Shown here one piece after another: positions 1-11,626 of a stretch of 64,000 bases of DNA (positions are counted from its first letter, which is position 1; every line of letters begins with the position of its first letter). Origin of the DNA: Phaeosaccion multiseriatum (taxonomy: Eukaryota > Protista > Ochrophyta, other classes); contig OZ218964.1 in the NCBI GenBank assembly GCA_965112735.1, forward strand, positions 2,480,001-2,544,000, in the 5' to 3' direction. The notes under the pieces were generated by a model. The model did no database searches, was not told the DNA's origin, and was given only the letters and a program-made list of their open reading frames with translations. The position numbers were made by a program, and so were the translations under genes.

Positions 1-1523
1 GAGGAGGGGGCGGAGGGTAGACGAGAGTCGCGGCATGAGCAGCGGCCTCGTGGCTATCCGAACCGAAATACACTTCTCTGGTGAGGATCCAATCAGCCCC
101 CCCCGTCTAATCATATAGGCACGCACTTGTCAAAGGGTATGTAAGCTCCCTCCCTCCCTCCCCTCCCTCCCCACCCTTCCTCCTTCCTTCCCTCTCCCTC
201 TCCCCCCCTCCCTCCCTCCCTCCCTCCCTCCCTCCCTCCCTCCCTCCCTCCCTCCCTCCCTCCCTCCCTCCCTCCCTCCCTCCCTCCCTCCCTCCCTCCC
301 TCCCTCCCTCCCTCCCTCCCTCCCTCCCTCCCTCCCTCCCTCCCTCCCTCCCTCCCTCCCTCCCTCCCTCCCTCCCTCCCTCCCTCCCTCCCTCCCTCCC
401 TCCCTCCCTCCCTCCCTCCCTCCCTCCCTCCCTCCCTCCCTCCCTCTCTCCCTCACCCTGATTCCCCTGCCTCTCGAAGGTCTGGATCTTGTCCTGCGCA
501 GCAAGTAGCTCCTCCTCCAGCGCCTCGCTGCGTGCCCTCTCCTTCCGCAGCTCCTCCTTCAAGCGCTTGGCCATGGCCATCAAGGCTCGGGTCTCCACGA
601 CGTCACTACTGCGCCGACACCGGGGGAGGGGCGAGGGGCGACAGACGAGGTAAGAGGGAGGTATATGCGGCGGTGGGCCAGGGTAGGGGCGGTAGGATTA
701 GAGTGGAGGCGGGCATGTACACGAGGCAGACAGGGTAAACACTGTAGAGGGGGGAGGGAAAACGGGAGGAAGACAGCACTCAAGCCGTGTGCCCCAATGG
801 CATATACCCTCAGCACTTAGAGACAAAGAACACTTGTCTCGCAGGAATAGAACCCCCTGCCGGCGGCGCTCACCCTGTGGACACGGAGGTACCGGATTTG
901 TCTCTTGCATCCCTGGGCTTTTCTCCTGCGTCTCTGGGGGCCCCTCGGGGAGCTTCCCCGCTGCCCTCCCTACCGCCGTCGCCTCTGGCCGCCGCTGCTC
1001 TACCCTCCCCGGATCTTTTCTTTGCACGTTCCCATTGCGCACCCCTCTCGCCGTCTCTGTCGCTCAGATCGCTGAGGCCGTCGCCATAGTCCTGTTCCCA
1101 CTTGTCGCTGCTCTGTCTAGCCGGGGCGTCCTCCTCCAGCGGCCGCTGCTGGGGCCTGCGAGATCCCCCCTCCCGCACATTGGCCCCGCTGCGAGGGGTC
1201 GTGCTCTTGGAGGCAGACGCAGAGCGAGGTTGCCGGCGACTGGCGGGGGGGGAAGGAGAAAGACGCGAGGCACGCTTGCCCTCGTCTGCGCTCAAGTCGT
1301 CTTCGTCGTCGTAGCGGAACGAGTCATCGTCAAAGTTAATCTCATTCGCCCGGTTGGAGCTCTCACTCTGCTGCTGGTGCTTCTCGGACTCGCCCCGCCT
1401 GCCCCTGCTCGGGCTGGTCGTGGGCTCGTCAAAATCAATATCCGAAGTGCTGTCCCTCCTTCCTCGGCTGCTGGCCGGCCGCCCCCCCCCGCCACCAGAC
1501 CTTCGCTCCCGCGATGAGCTCAT
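1..1523 (-). CDS. Hypothetical coiled-coil protein, multi-exon; the 3' end is unresolved and may run off the window
   Basis: Exon 1523-874 (GG|GTGAG donor) splices in frame to exon 608-457 (CGCAG acceptor), giving ...VSTG-SDVVETRALMAMAKRLKEELRKERARSEALEEELLAAQ.... The next intron contains a (GGGA)n array, and the acceptor after it is ambiguous. Confidence 0.6.
147..445. repeat. (CCCT)n/(AGGG)n microsatellite of about 300 bp, intronic
   Basis: Directly visible; it accounts for the spurious GGRE-repeat ORFs. Confidence 0.95.
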
Positions 1524-1875
1524 AGCTGTATGTGCCGAATATTTACCCTAGAATTTCTTGTCCTCTTGCTGCTACTATGTCGCCTTGAAAGAGCAAACAA
1601 CTATGGCCGTCTCTTTTTTCGGCGCAAAGTGATTCCAAAAATTGCGCCTTGGTGCTTTGAAACGTCCACTGACTTACTCCCTGCTTACGACAGGGCCGCC
1701 GCAAAACCGGGCAAGGGTGATTTTGATCATCTGAGTTCGAGGGGTGTGAAAGGGATCTGCAGCGGCCCATCGCCAGAAGCCGCACCAAGAAGCACCGCAT
1801 CCCCCGCGACACGACGAAGAAAGGTGGTGGGTTGGAGAGAGGAGTGCACCTCCAGGGAACAGCAGGACTGCAGGA

Positions 1876-2370
1876 ATGGCGGACATAATGTCGCCCATGC
1901 GCGGCGCCCCGGAACAAGTGGATGTGCTAGATAAGATACGTGGGATCGAGCTCAAGGAGGAGCAAATAGAGAGGGCCTTGGAGGGTAAGGGGAGCTACTT
2001 GGGGCTGAGCTTGGAGCGTCAGGGGGCGGGCGCCGTGGAGGATGGCGGAGGTGCGGTGCGGAAGGAGCTGGTGGACCACCTTCGCAACCTCGAGAGTGAG
2101 AAGAAGCTGCTGCAGGAGAAGGAGATTGTTCTGTTGAGAGGGTCGACGAACGCCCGGCTCATGTCGTCTGCAAGCGTAAACGGCGCCAGGCTCAGCCGGA
2201 TGGAGTCCGGTCAGGTTTTGGTGGACATGATCAATGGCCCGGAAGTGGCGCCAGACTCCGTGGAGGGCCGCAGCCGGAGATGGAAAGCTGCGGTGGGGGG
2301 GAGCATCGCGCTGATCATCTTGGTGATGGTGCTGCTGCTAGTGCTGGTCAGAGATGACGGGGACGATTGA
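1876..2370 (+). CDS. Small intronless coiled-coil protein with a C-terminal transmembrane helix (tail-anchored topology)
   Basis: 164-aa ORF with a heptad-like segment LRNLESEKKLLQEKE and a hydrophobic segment AVGGSIALIILVMVLLLVLV followed by RDDGDD*. It is divergent from the previous gene (ATGs about 350 bp apart). Confidence 0.65.
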   Translation: MADIMSPMRGAPEQVDVLDKIRGIELKEEQIERALEGKGSYLGLSLERQGAGAVEDGGGAVRKELVDHLRNLESEKKLLQEKEIVLLRGSTNARLMSSASVNGARLSRMESGQVLVDMINGPEVAPDSVEGRSRRWKAAVGGSIALIILVMVLLLVLVRDDGDD

Positions 2371-2942
2371 TTATTGACGACCAAGGACAAGAAAGGAGCC
2401 GAGGCTGCTGCCACCGACAGAGAAAAAAGGACGTGAATTTGTACGAAGCTAGGCGACCTGGCATGAAAGGGCTCCACGGCCACGCTAGACCGCACAGCTA
2501 GTCCCCACTCGCCAAGCCGATGTGCTGTTCGCCCCCCTCGCCGCTCGTTTGATGCCCTTCTTGAAGGCTCCTGGGCGGCGTGGGTGGGTGGGTGCTTCGC
2601 TATCGAGCAGCGAAAACTGGCGAACGCCTCCAAGTCCGTGTGCCCGGCCTGGGCGTGTGTCGAGCCGCGTCTGACCGATCCATGCGTTGTCTGCCCACCC
2701 GCCTGAGCGGAGGGTGGATGTAGACTCCGACGGCGGTCCGATCCAGCATCAGGCCCCTTCCTTTGTTGTGTATGCACTACAGCTGTCGAAGGGTGAAGGG
2801 GGAGGGGGGTGCGACACACACCCTTCGGCGTGTGCCTTATTGCTACCTACTTGCAGAGCTGAGACTCCGACTAGAGACAGTTGCAGCGGAATGGAGAGGG
2901 GAGTGGAGGGGGGGCGGCGGCGGCGGCGGCGGAGGGGCTGCC

Positions 2943-3357
2943 ACGTCATCAGAGGCTGTCCTGACACCCAGTACGTCATCAGAGGCTGTCCTGACGCACG
3001 GTTCGCCGGCACTATCTGTCAGGTGGCCCATATGATATGGTCGAAAAGAAGAGCGGAGGGGGCACAGCACAGCCATCTCTGGTGGAGGACATTTCGAGGC
3101 CTTCGCGTTACGATCAAAATCTCGCACCAATAATACACTGAAACTGAAATAAATTTTTAAATTCTCCTTCCTCCCCCCCCCTTCCCTTTTTTTGGGACTT
3201 GTCTTGTTTTACTGTAGTGATTCGTTTCGTCTCGGCAGGCCTCTCTGCCTGTCCTCATCGACGCCCCTCTAGCACCTCGATATCCTAGAGTACTACATCA
3301 GAGATAAGAGGTCGCTTACTACATGAGAGATAAGAGGTCGATTACTACATCAGAGAT
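2943..3357. repeat. Short tandem direct repeats upstream of the ankyrin gene
   Basis: ACGTCATCAGAGGCTGTCCTGAC x2 (30-bp period, about 2943-2995) and TACTACATCAGAGATAAGAGGTCG x~3 (26-bp period, about 3291-3357). Confidence 0.85.
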
Positions 3358-3647
3358 CAGCGGGGAGGCCTGATAAGAAAGGCAGAGCGACCGCCTACTG
3401 CACGGGAGGCGCAGCAGGGAGAGGGTCTTCCGTAGCCCCCTAGTCAGCACTGCCGTCTCAAGGGAGGGGCCGCTTGCTCAATATGGCACAGCAGACAACG
3501 TTAACGCCCGAGGTACGATCTAGCGCCCTCCTATATGACGATGTCCTTAAAATAGAGAGGGTCCTTGTGCGGATACGGAAGCTGCAGTGGGAAGCTCACG
3601 TGTCGACGCAGTGGGAAGCTCTCCGTTGATCCCTTTTCATCCGGTGT

Positions 3648-5252
3648 ATGGGCCTCTCCCCCGCTTTGAGGAAACATCTTTGTTTCGGAGAGATCCAAGC
3701 GAGGGGGGGCTTTTCGGATACAATCCCTGAGATGGGATGCGCACGTATTGAAGTAGTCAGCAGCTTCTTGTTGATCCTTTCATCCTATGCATGTGCGCCT
3801 CTCCCCCCCGGACATCGTTTTCCTCAACAACACCAGGCGCGGCGGCTGGGGCAGGCCCTGGACAGAGAAGACAGCTTCCCCACTGTGAGAGGGCTGGTTA
3901 CCAAGCTCATCGCCAAACATGGCAAAGCGAGTTTGGATCAGCTTATCGACGAAGAAGGATATACCGCAACGTATAGGGCTGCACAATACGATCGGCTGGA
4001 TGTCATGGACCTTCTGCTGCGGGAAGGGGCCTCCTTCCGCACCAGACAGGGACCCCACGGAAGCACGCCGTTGATAGCCGCTAGCGCCGAGGGACAAGAT
4101 CAGGTGGTAAGGTGGCTGTTGGACGTTGGAGCCCCTGTCGACCAAGCGGACGCCAGAGGACTTACTCCCTTGATTGCAGCATCAGAAGGGGGGCACTCCA
4201 CGACAGTGCAGCAGCTGCTCTCGGCGGCGGGTGCTAACGTCGACTTGGCAGCGGAAGGCGGTTGTTCTCCGATTTGGCTTGCCGCTCAGAACGGACATGG
4301 ATCTGTTGTAAGGCACCTCATCTCAGCCCAAGCGGATGTGGACAACGCAGATAATCTCGGGATTACTCCGCTTCACCAGGCATCGTCCAAAGGGCATGCG
4401 GGCATCGTACAGCAGCTCATCAGGGCCCACGCCAGCATCGACAAGGCTGACCTCCAGGGTGCTACTCCCTTGATTACAGCATCAGAGTGCGGGCACTCCA
4501 CGACAGTGCACCAGCTGCTTTCGGCGCGCGCTAACGTCGACTTGGCGGACAAGCAGGGCTTCTCTTCGATTTGGATTGCCGCTCAGAACGGACATAGCTC
4601 TGTTGTTAGGCTCCTCATCTCTGCCCAAGCGGATGTGGACAACGCAGATAATGACGGGACTACTCCGCTTTCGAAGGCATCGTTCCAAGGGCATGCGGGC
4701 ATCGTACATCAGCTCATCAGGGCCCACGCCAGCATCGACGAAGCTGGAGTCAAAGGTTTCACTCCTCTTCACGCTGCCTGTCAGGAAGGGCACGACGCCG
4801 TGGTGGAGAAGCTTCTCTCAGCGGGAGCACGTGTGGACAAATGGACCAACCTGGGCGCTTTACCCCTCCACCTGGCAGCGAAGAATGGGCACGAGGCCGT
4901 CGTCGCTCGTCTCATACCTGCGGGATCCCCCATCGATGCCAGTTCATCAATCGGTATCACTCCTCTCCTTGCTGCCATCTACAATGACCACCACGGGACT
5001 GCGCGGCAGCTCCTCTCGGCCGGTGCTTCGGTGGACAAGGCCTTGGCTAGGGCACGGTGGGGTCAGCTCGGCCGGGACGTCGAGCAGCGACTTATGGAGG
5101 CGGCAGCAGCCTTCTTCCGGTCCCAAACCGCGCTGGACCTCATGCGAAGGACGGATCCGACCTTCGGCAAGGAGAGCGGAATCCTGCCGCTGGAGAGGCC
5201 CTGGAGTGTGGGGAGCGAGACGTGGGAGAGCATGGCGGAGGAGATGGGCTGA
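3648..5252 (+). CDS. Intronless ankyrin-repeat protein (about 11 repeats); the start may be Met at 3732
   Basis: Repeated G-x-TPL-x-x-A---G--VV--LL--GA-VD motifs and an internal DNA duplication of a 3-repeat unit of about 300 bp. Confidence 0.9.
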   Translation: MGLSPALRKHLCFGEIQARGGFSDTIPEMGCARIEVVSSFLLILSSYACAPLPPGHRFPQQHQARRLGQALDREDSFPTVRGLVTKLIAKHGKASLDQLIDEEGYTATYRAAQYDRLDVMDLLLREGASFRTRQGPHGSTPLIAASAEGQDQVVRWLLDVGAPVDQADARGLTPLIAASEGGHSTTVQQLLSAAGANVDLAAEGGCSPIWLAAQNGHGSVVRHLISAQADVDNADNLGITPLHQASSKGHAGIVQQLIRAHASIDKADLQGATPLITASECGHSTTVHQLLSARANVDLADKQGFSSIWIAAQNGHSSVVRLLISAQADVDNADNDGTTPLSKASFQGHAGIVHQLIRAHASIDEAGVKGFTPLHAACQEGHDAVVEKLLSAGARVDKWTNLGALPLHLAAKNGHEAVVARLIPAGSPIDASSSIGITPLLAAIYNDHHGTARQLLSAGASVDKALARARWGQLGRDVEQRLMEAAAAFFRSQTALDLMRRTDPTFGKESGILPLERPWSVGSETWESMAEEMG

Positions 5253-6198
5253 GCGAGTAGGAGGGATGTGCGAGGTGGGGGCTGGAAGGGGCAACGAGGA
5301 CGTTGGCAACGAAAGAGCACCGCTCCAGCTTGCTCGCTTGCACCAGCCAGTCATGCAGCCCATGCGAGTGAGCCTGTACATCAGGATGCGATGCGAGAGA
5401 GAGACAGCCCACGGCACACTGGCTTGGTGTAAGAGCGGTGAAGTGATTGCGATGCTCTGTCGCAGAGAGGAGCGGAGTACAGCAGGAGGTAGGGGGTCCG
5501 GGGGGGGGGGGAGTGACGTGTGTGGCTTACGGGACCAATGGATGAAGTGTATAGCTTGAGGGGGGGGGGGTGAGAGGGAAGGTCAGCTCGTTTAGAGGGG
5601 GGAGAGTGTAATCCCGATGGATAGAGGCCGAGGGCTTCCTTCCTGGGTGGGGCATGCAGGGCACAGCAAGTAGTCATAGCTTATTAGAGAAGGGTATTGC
5701 CCTGCCAAACACACAATGGCGAAGGTGAACGCCAGGTCCTAGGCGGGGGTTGTAAGAAGTGTGCTCGTGTGGAGGCCAAAGGCAAGCACCGCCCAATCGA
5801 GTCTATGCGTACGCAGTGACTGATGAAACACTTTGCATTACGAAAGATCACCGAAACTAGCGAGATAAGCTAGTACTCAGTGACTTCCCCAGTGCTTGCT
5901 CTGCTCCTTTTTGGTCTCTATTTCTGTCCCCTCGTCAAAGAGAGCCCTGCCCTCGGCAATATCAAGTGGGGATCAGATAGAAGCGTACGGGTGAGCCCTG
6001 TTTCCCAGCGGATGGAAGAGAGTAGCGGCGAGGCAGTGGATACGGACTGCCGCAATTGTATCCATCTGTGAATCTTGCTGCTTGCCTCTCGACCTTGGAG
6101 AAGCATGAATATAATAGAGCTAGAAAGTGAATACGTGGGTGGGTGAGTGAGGATGGGTTCCCCGTCTACCTGCCGTGCCTGCCTCTTCCTCCACTTCC

Positions 6199-7453
6199 TC
6201 ATCCTCTTCCTCCTACTCCTCCTCTTGACCCTCCTCCTGCTACCCTCCATCGCGGTGTCCCTCCCTCCTCTCCCCCACTCCCCCCGCCTTCAACCCTCCC
6301 ACCCGGCTCACTCACAGGGGCTAACTCTGGCCTAACACCAACCCCGCCACCACCACCACTACCACCACTGACACCTCCTCCTTCTCTCCTGCCCGTCCCT
6401 GTGAACGGGGCTTCCAATGGGCCTCTGCGGATACCCAAGTCCAATACCTTGCCCTCCCCTCCCAGCCCCCTCTGCCCCTCCTGGTGTTGGTGGTACTGAA
6501 GCCATTTGTGACGCCCTCCTCCTCCTCCCCCTCCTGAGTGTTGGAGCCATAGACAGAGCTTCACCCCCCCCCCTAATGGCGAGATTGAGAACGCTCCGAT
6601 GGCTCATGCTCCCCCCTCCCCCCCTGGCGCTCCACCCAACGTATCATCCTCCCGCCCCCTCCCCTCCGCCCCGGGGGATCGCGAGGCCCGGAACGATCGC
6701 AGACCGCTCCGCGCTACCTCCAAGGGGGCGGGTCCACACTGTTGCATCCGGCTGTCCCATCTGGAACGGTCTCTGTGCAAGGAAGGCGCTCCTTTGGCGG
6801 CGGCGGAAGGATCTTCTTCGATGATGCGCACTTGTTCTCTGGTAGCAGGGCGTGAACAGAGGCGAGGGGGAGAAGCGGATGGAGAGAGTGGAGAGAGAGA
6901 AAAGAGAGAGAAGAGAGGATGGGAGGAGGTCGTGAGAGGGACTGCTAAGTCAATGAGCGGAAGGAAAGGAGGTAGGAAGGAAGGAAGGAAGGAAGGAAGG
7001 AAGGAAGGAAGGATGGAAGGAAGGAAGGAGGCAGGGAGGAAGCATATGTCGCGAGGGGTAGAGCAGAACGCACCACCGTGCTGCGGGGAGTCACCCCATC
7101 GTTTCGTCGGTCCATCCCCTCGTGCGAAGGATCCATAGCATACTCTACCCTCTGCCATCTCCCTCACCCCCTCCCTCCCTCCCTCCCTCCCTCCCCCTCC
7201 TCCCCCCTCACCTTCCATTGATGGCGAACATCTTGCCGCCCTCGACGAGCTCTGCCCTCCTGTCCAGTGCCATCTCCATCTGCTTACCCCACTCCAGCAC
7301 ATCGTCTCGAGATACAACAGTTGGTGGTACAGCAGCAGCGGCCGTCACCGGCCTTGCTCCTCCTCTGGCTGTGCTGGATCCAACCACACCTGTCGCCGCG
7401 ATGGCCGCTGCTCGCCGCTGCTGCTGCTTCTCCCGACGACTCCGAAGCTTGGC
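6199..7453 (-). CDS. Probable exons of a low-complexity hypothetical protein; boundaries uncertain
   Basis: Coding-like segments (AKLRSRREKQ...VLEWGKQMEMALDRRAELVEGGKMFAING|GTGAG and ATREQVRIIEEDP...) are separated by a microsatellite-rich intron. The start could not be resolved. Confidence 0.4.
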
Positions 7454-8715
7454 CTTTGGGACGAGAGATGGGGAGTAGAAAGGAGTGGGACAGAGCCGCG
7501 TAGAGCAGGATCGAGCAGACATGAATGGTGCGGCAGAGCGGCAGAGCAGCAGAGCACACGTGGGACCGGGTACGGGGTGCGAGGGCATCAATTACTTATT
7601 CAATACACACGTCGCTGTCTTCTCTGTTGCGAGACCTCACTGCCATGCTGGCGGCGCTGCTACCCTTCTTCCTCCCTCCCCCCCACCCGCTCTCGCTCCC
7701 TCACTTCCTCCCGCACCAATTCAACTCCCTCGCGCTTTCACCCCCGCTCTCTCTACCTCGCTCACTCTCTCCCTCTGTATCACCAACTCCCTCCCTCCGT
7801 CCCCTCCCTCACCGCAGCGCCTTGGCCGGATTGCCGCTGTTGCTACAGAGCTGCCGCCGCCCCCCGCATCAGCACTCGAGAGCTCGACAGCAGCTCCGCT
7901 CATCTGCCACACCCGTGCTGCCCGCGCTGCTGCTTCCTCCCCGCTCGCCCCCTCTCTCTATCCAAGCCATGCTGCCCGCGCTGCTTCTGCCTCCCCCTCT
8001 CTCTATCCAAGCCATGCAGGCCCCGTGAAGCCGTACTCCCCCAAGTTGGAAGTTGGACAGAAACTTTATGACTTCGCTCTCTTCCGCTCTCCCCCCCCCC
8101 TCCATCCCTCTCTACCTCCACTCTATTTCCTGCATCTGCCTCTCTATCTCTCTCTCTCTACTATTACGTGTTTGTCGTCCTTCTGTCTGCTTGGAGTGTA
8201 TCGGGCCATCCCCGTTAACGGCCGTTAACGGCAAGGGCTGTGACTACTTCGTCACGGCCTTCCTTTTACTACAGCAACTCACTCCTCAGATGCTCAGATG
8301 CTCAGATGAGGTGGCGATGAAGCAGTCTGTGAGCATCTGAGGCTGAGCTGAAGTGGTCACAGGATGTGACATTGTGGTCGGGGGCTGGACAAAAAGCCTC
8401 AAGAGCGTTTCCGAGTCGAGGGAGTGCAGGTCTTTCAGACTCCCGCCGTATCACACAGCCCTTACGTGCCACTACGTAAGATCCTTCTCCACATCGTGTG
8501 GCCCTGTGGTGTCTGACAGACCAACACCGCTCCTCGCGTCGGAAACCCCCTCCACCTTCTTCCCCTCCTCCCAACCTTCCTTCTTCCTCCTCCGCAGGCT
8601 GTACTGCTGGCCCAGGCCCAAGCACAGCCTCGCCTTATCGCCTTGATGATTTACACCCTGACCCACTACCCACCCAAGCATCAGAACGTGCAGGATCGGA
8701 AGCCCTCGGCTGGCC

Positions 8716-9175
8716 CTAGGCATAGCCCTTGCGCTCCTCCTTGTCGAGCCTCTCCTTGGCCGCGATGAGCTTCTCCTCCACACGTGACTTCTTGCGGCTT
8801 TTGGCCATCCTGTTCTCTTCCTTCGCGCGAGAGGACCCCACAGTCTAATTGGAAGGTACGGCAGAGGCAGAGGGGTGGATTAGGAAGAGAAGGAGAGGGG
8901 CGGAGAGAAGGAGGGGGAGAGGGGCGGACAGAAGGAGGGAAAGAGGAAGGAGGGGGGAGGGAGGGGGGGGGGAGGAGGGAAAGAGGAAGAAGAGAGGGGC
9001 GGAGAGAAGGAGGGAAAGAGGAAAAGGCTTGAGAGAGAGCTGAAGCAGGACGGAGAGGGGGGGGGGGTGGGAGCATTGACGTAGGGCGATAACACATACA
9101 CGAGAGAGACCATGCTCCTCCATTGGCCAAATACACACGTGAACACATGCACACACGCACGCACACACACACAAA

Positions 9176-9236
<61 letters not shown>

Positions 9237-9703
9237 CTTGATATCGTTGAGGAACATCTTCTCCTGCTGCCTGTGGGCTACGCACGCCACGGCCTCGAGT
9301 GTGTTTGCGTTGATTGAACGCGTCACCTTCTGGTCGCGCTTGGCCTCCAGCCTTCTTTTCGCGTTCTTCGGCAGCTGCAGCGGCGCTGGGGACGGACAGA
9401 GCGCGTATACACGGAGAGCACAGCATGTGCAGGCAGGGGAGAGAGGGGGAATGAGAAGAAGCTCTTCATTTCTGAGGCACCAGCCTCCCCGTCCCCTTGG
9501 GGTGAGAGGGAGAGAGAGAGAGAGAAATGAAAGCCTCAGGCTCAAGCGCTCACCGTGCAGCTTCTTTCCTTACCTCCTTTCTTCGTAGATTGCCCAACGT
9601 TGGTCTTTTTGCCCGTCTTGGGCTTAACCACCGCGTTGCCGCGCTTAGCCTTGCCCGTGGCCTTTGCCGCCTTGCTTTTCTTGAAAGACCCGCCCTGCGC
9701 CAT
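8716..9703 (-). CDS. UPF0390/DUF2462 (Leydig cell tumor 10 kDa-like) small basic protein, 3 exons, 135 aa
   Basis: Exons 9703-9574, 9385-9237 and 8844-8716 splice in frame with GT-AG. The product is MAQGGSFKKSK...TKKGAPLQLPKNAKRRLEAKRDQKVTRSINANTLE...KGYA*. The MAQG start and KKG..PK motif match the family. Confidence 0.75.
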
Positions 9704-10464
9704 ACTTTGCCGCTGCTAGCGAACAGCGGAGGACCGTCAGGAGGAAAGGGGGGAAGAGGAGAAGAGCAATGTGGAGGGGATGGACAAGAAGGCAGGAACC
9801 GACAAAGACGTAGCGGTCAGAGTCGCTAGAGAAAGGGGACCAACATGCATGTAGTGGTCAGAGCCGCGAGAGGGGGAAGGGGACAAAGGGGAGAAGAGGA
9901 GGAAGAAGAAGACAGACAGGGCAGCAGTGTATCGATGCTCTCGGAGACGGACGAAGAGGAGGAGGTGGTGTTAGGCCGAGGTTACGGACAGGAGAAGTGT
10001 GAGACGTCTTTCACGGCGTTTCTGAATACGGACAATAAGGTGGATACCACCATACTGGCTCTACCTTCTGTGTGCCTCGCTCTCTTGTTCCTGCTTTTCT
10101 TTGGCGATTATCGCTCTCTGTGTACCGTCCCTCCGTCCAAGGTCACAGGGCCGATTCCGAATAACCAATTTGTCCCTTTCCCTTTTTGTCTTCTTTCGAT
10201 ATCTTCTTTCTCTCGATCTTCTCCGTGTGTCCCGTCAATTGGTCAATCCTCTCATTAGCCGCAAAAGACAGATCCACGTCTGAGTGTAGAAAGGCGCAGA
10301 GGAAGATGTTGGAGGAACCACCGTCGGAGGAAGTGAAGCGCACGGTGAGATGCTCAGATGTTTCTAGTCAAAAGCAATCAAACAACTGCCTGCCGATACA
10401 TACAGCTGGCAACAGCTCGCGACGATGACGAAACCACCGCCCTGTTGTATTTGATTGCTGCATC

Positions 10465-11016
10465 TTGGCCCTTTTCCTGATGCTCTACAAGGGGGAGGAG
10501 GAGGAAGCGGAGCGTCGCGCGAGAGATGCCGTCGCGCAGCCCAAGGCTGGTGCAGTGAAGGATGAAGAGCCGGACGAAGGCGCGACGGGTAACGCTAAGA
10601 AGAAGATGAAGACGGAAGAGGGGAAAGAGGCTGCCAGCGGTGAAGAGGGGGAGGACTTCGTAGCGCTCGGGCCCTCCAAGCGCCTCTCCGTGAGCACCTT
10701 CAAGGGATCGCTGCTCGTGGACATTCGTGAGTGGTACAAAGACAAGAAGACGGACGAGCGCAAGCCCGGCAAGAAGGGCATCAGCCTCACGATGGAGCAA
10801 TGGGAAACGCTTGTAGGGGAGGGTATCCCTCGGATGGCCGAGCTCATCGAGGTAAGGAGGTGGAGGGGGGCAAACAAGTGCATGCAATTCACGTTTGATC
10901 CGTCAATGCTAGATGCTGATGCTTCTCGTCCTTTCCCGCTCGACCGGCCCTGCCCCCTCTGCCTTTCGTTCCCTCTCGACCGCTCCGGCCAGCGTGCTGA
11001 GAAGAAGAAGAAGTGA
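10465..11016 (+). CDS. SUB1: Transcriptional coactivator PC4/Sub1 (p15) ssDNA-binding domain protein; 5' exons unresolved
   Basis: LGPSKRLSVSTFKGSLLVDIREWYKDKKTDERKPGKKGISLTMEQW is the PC4 signature. There is a donor at 10852 and a short last exon 10993-11016. Confidence 0.85.
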   Translation: MALFLMLYKGEEEEAERRARDAVAQPKAGAVKDEEPDEGATGNAKKKMKTEEGKEAASGEEGEDFVALGPSKRLSVSTFKGSLLVDIREWYKDKKTDERKPGKKGISLTMEQWETLVGEGIPRMAELIEVRRWRGANKCMQFTFDPSMLDADASRPFPLDRPCPLCLSFPLDRSGQRAEKKKK

Positions 11017-11626
11017 TTCAGGCTTATATATATAGGCTCCGTGGGCGTCCCCCCCGGCCCCCATCACGCGCGAGAGCTCAATGGGGAGTAGCAACTCCGG
11101 TCGTGTCGTGGAGCCTGGGCACGAGAGAGGGCACGGGTTAGGGGCGGAGGTCCCTCACTTGGGATACCCAAGGAGAGGAAGGAGAAGCTGGCTTATGACG
11201 GCCGACTCTGTTGCTGCTTGCCCTCCTCCACAAGCTGGTTCTCCATCGGCTTTTCTGCGCCGTTTGTTGGTGGTGGAGCGGGGTTTAGAAGCCACCCACT
11301 CCTCTCCATCATCAAGTTTTGTAGTACGCTGTTGGCAGGGGGGGGGGGCGAATCAAAATATACTTGTCTACTGTGTTGTGTTTGCTTCACACTTCTTCTC
11401 CTACTCTAGCTCTGTGCAAGGCTTCACACTTCTTCTCCTACTCTAGCTCTGTGCAAAGGATGAGGTGTCGAGGAGGCGGCGCCGCGCTCTTGCACGTGGC
11501 ATGGTCAGCCTTCGCCTGAGCCGCAAGATGAGAGGAGAGTCAGCTCGGGTGGGCAGCGGGGCAGGCAGCAGCAGCAGCCAGGTCCGGCTCGAAGGCTGGC
11601 ACTGACGCTGCTGGGGGAGAAGCAGC

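Noticed and set aside
3291-3357. CRISPR-like short direct repeats (also 54719-54840 and 61148-61212)
   Set aside because: There are no unique spacers and no cas genes, and the context is eukaryotic. These are simple tandem repeats.
3136-5894. CACTG...CAGTG ends suggesting a CACTA-type element around the ankyrin gene
   Set aside because: The match is only 5 bp, with no extended TIR and no target-site duplication.
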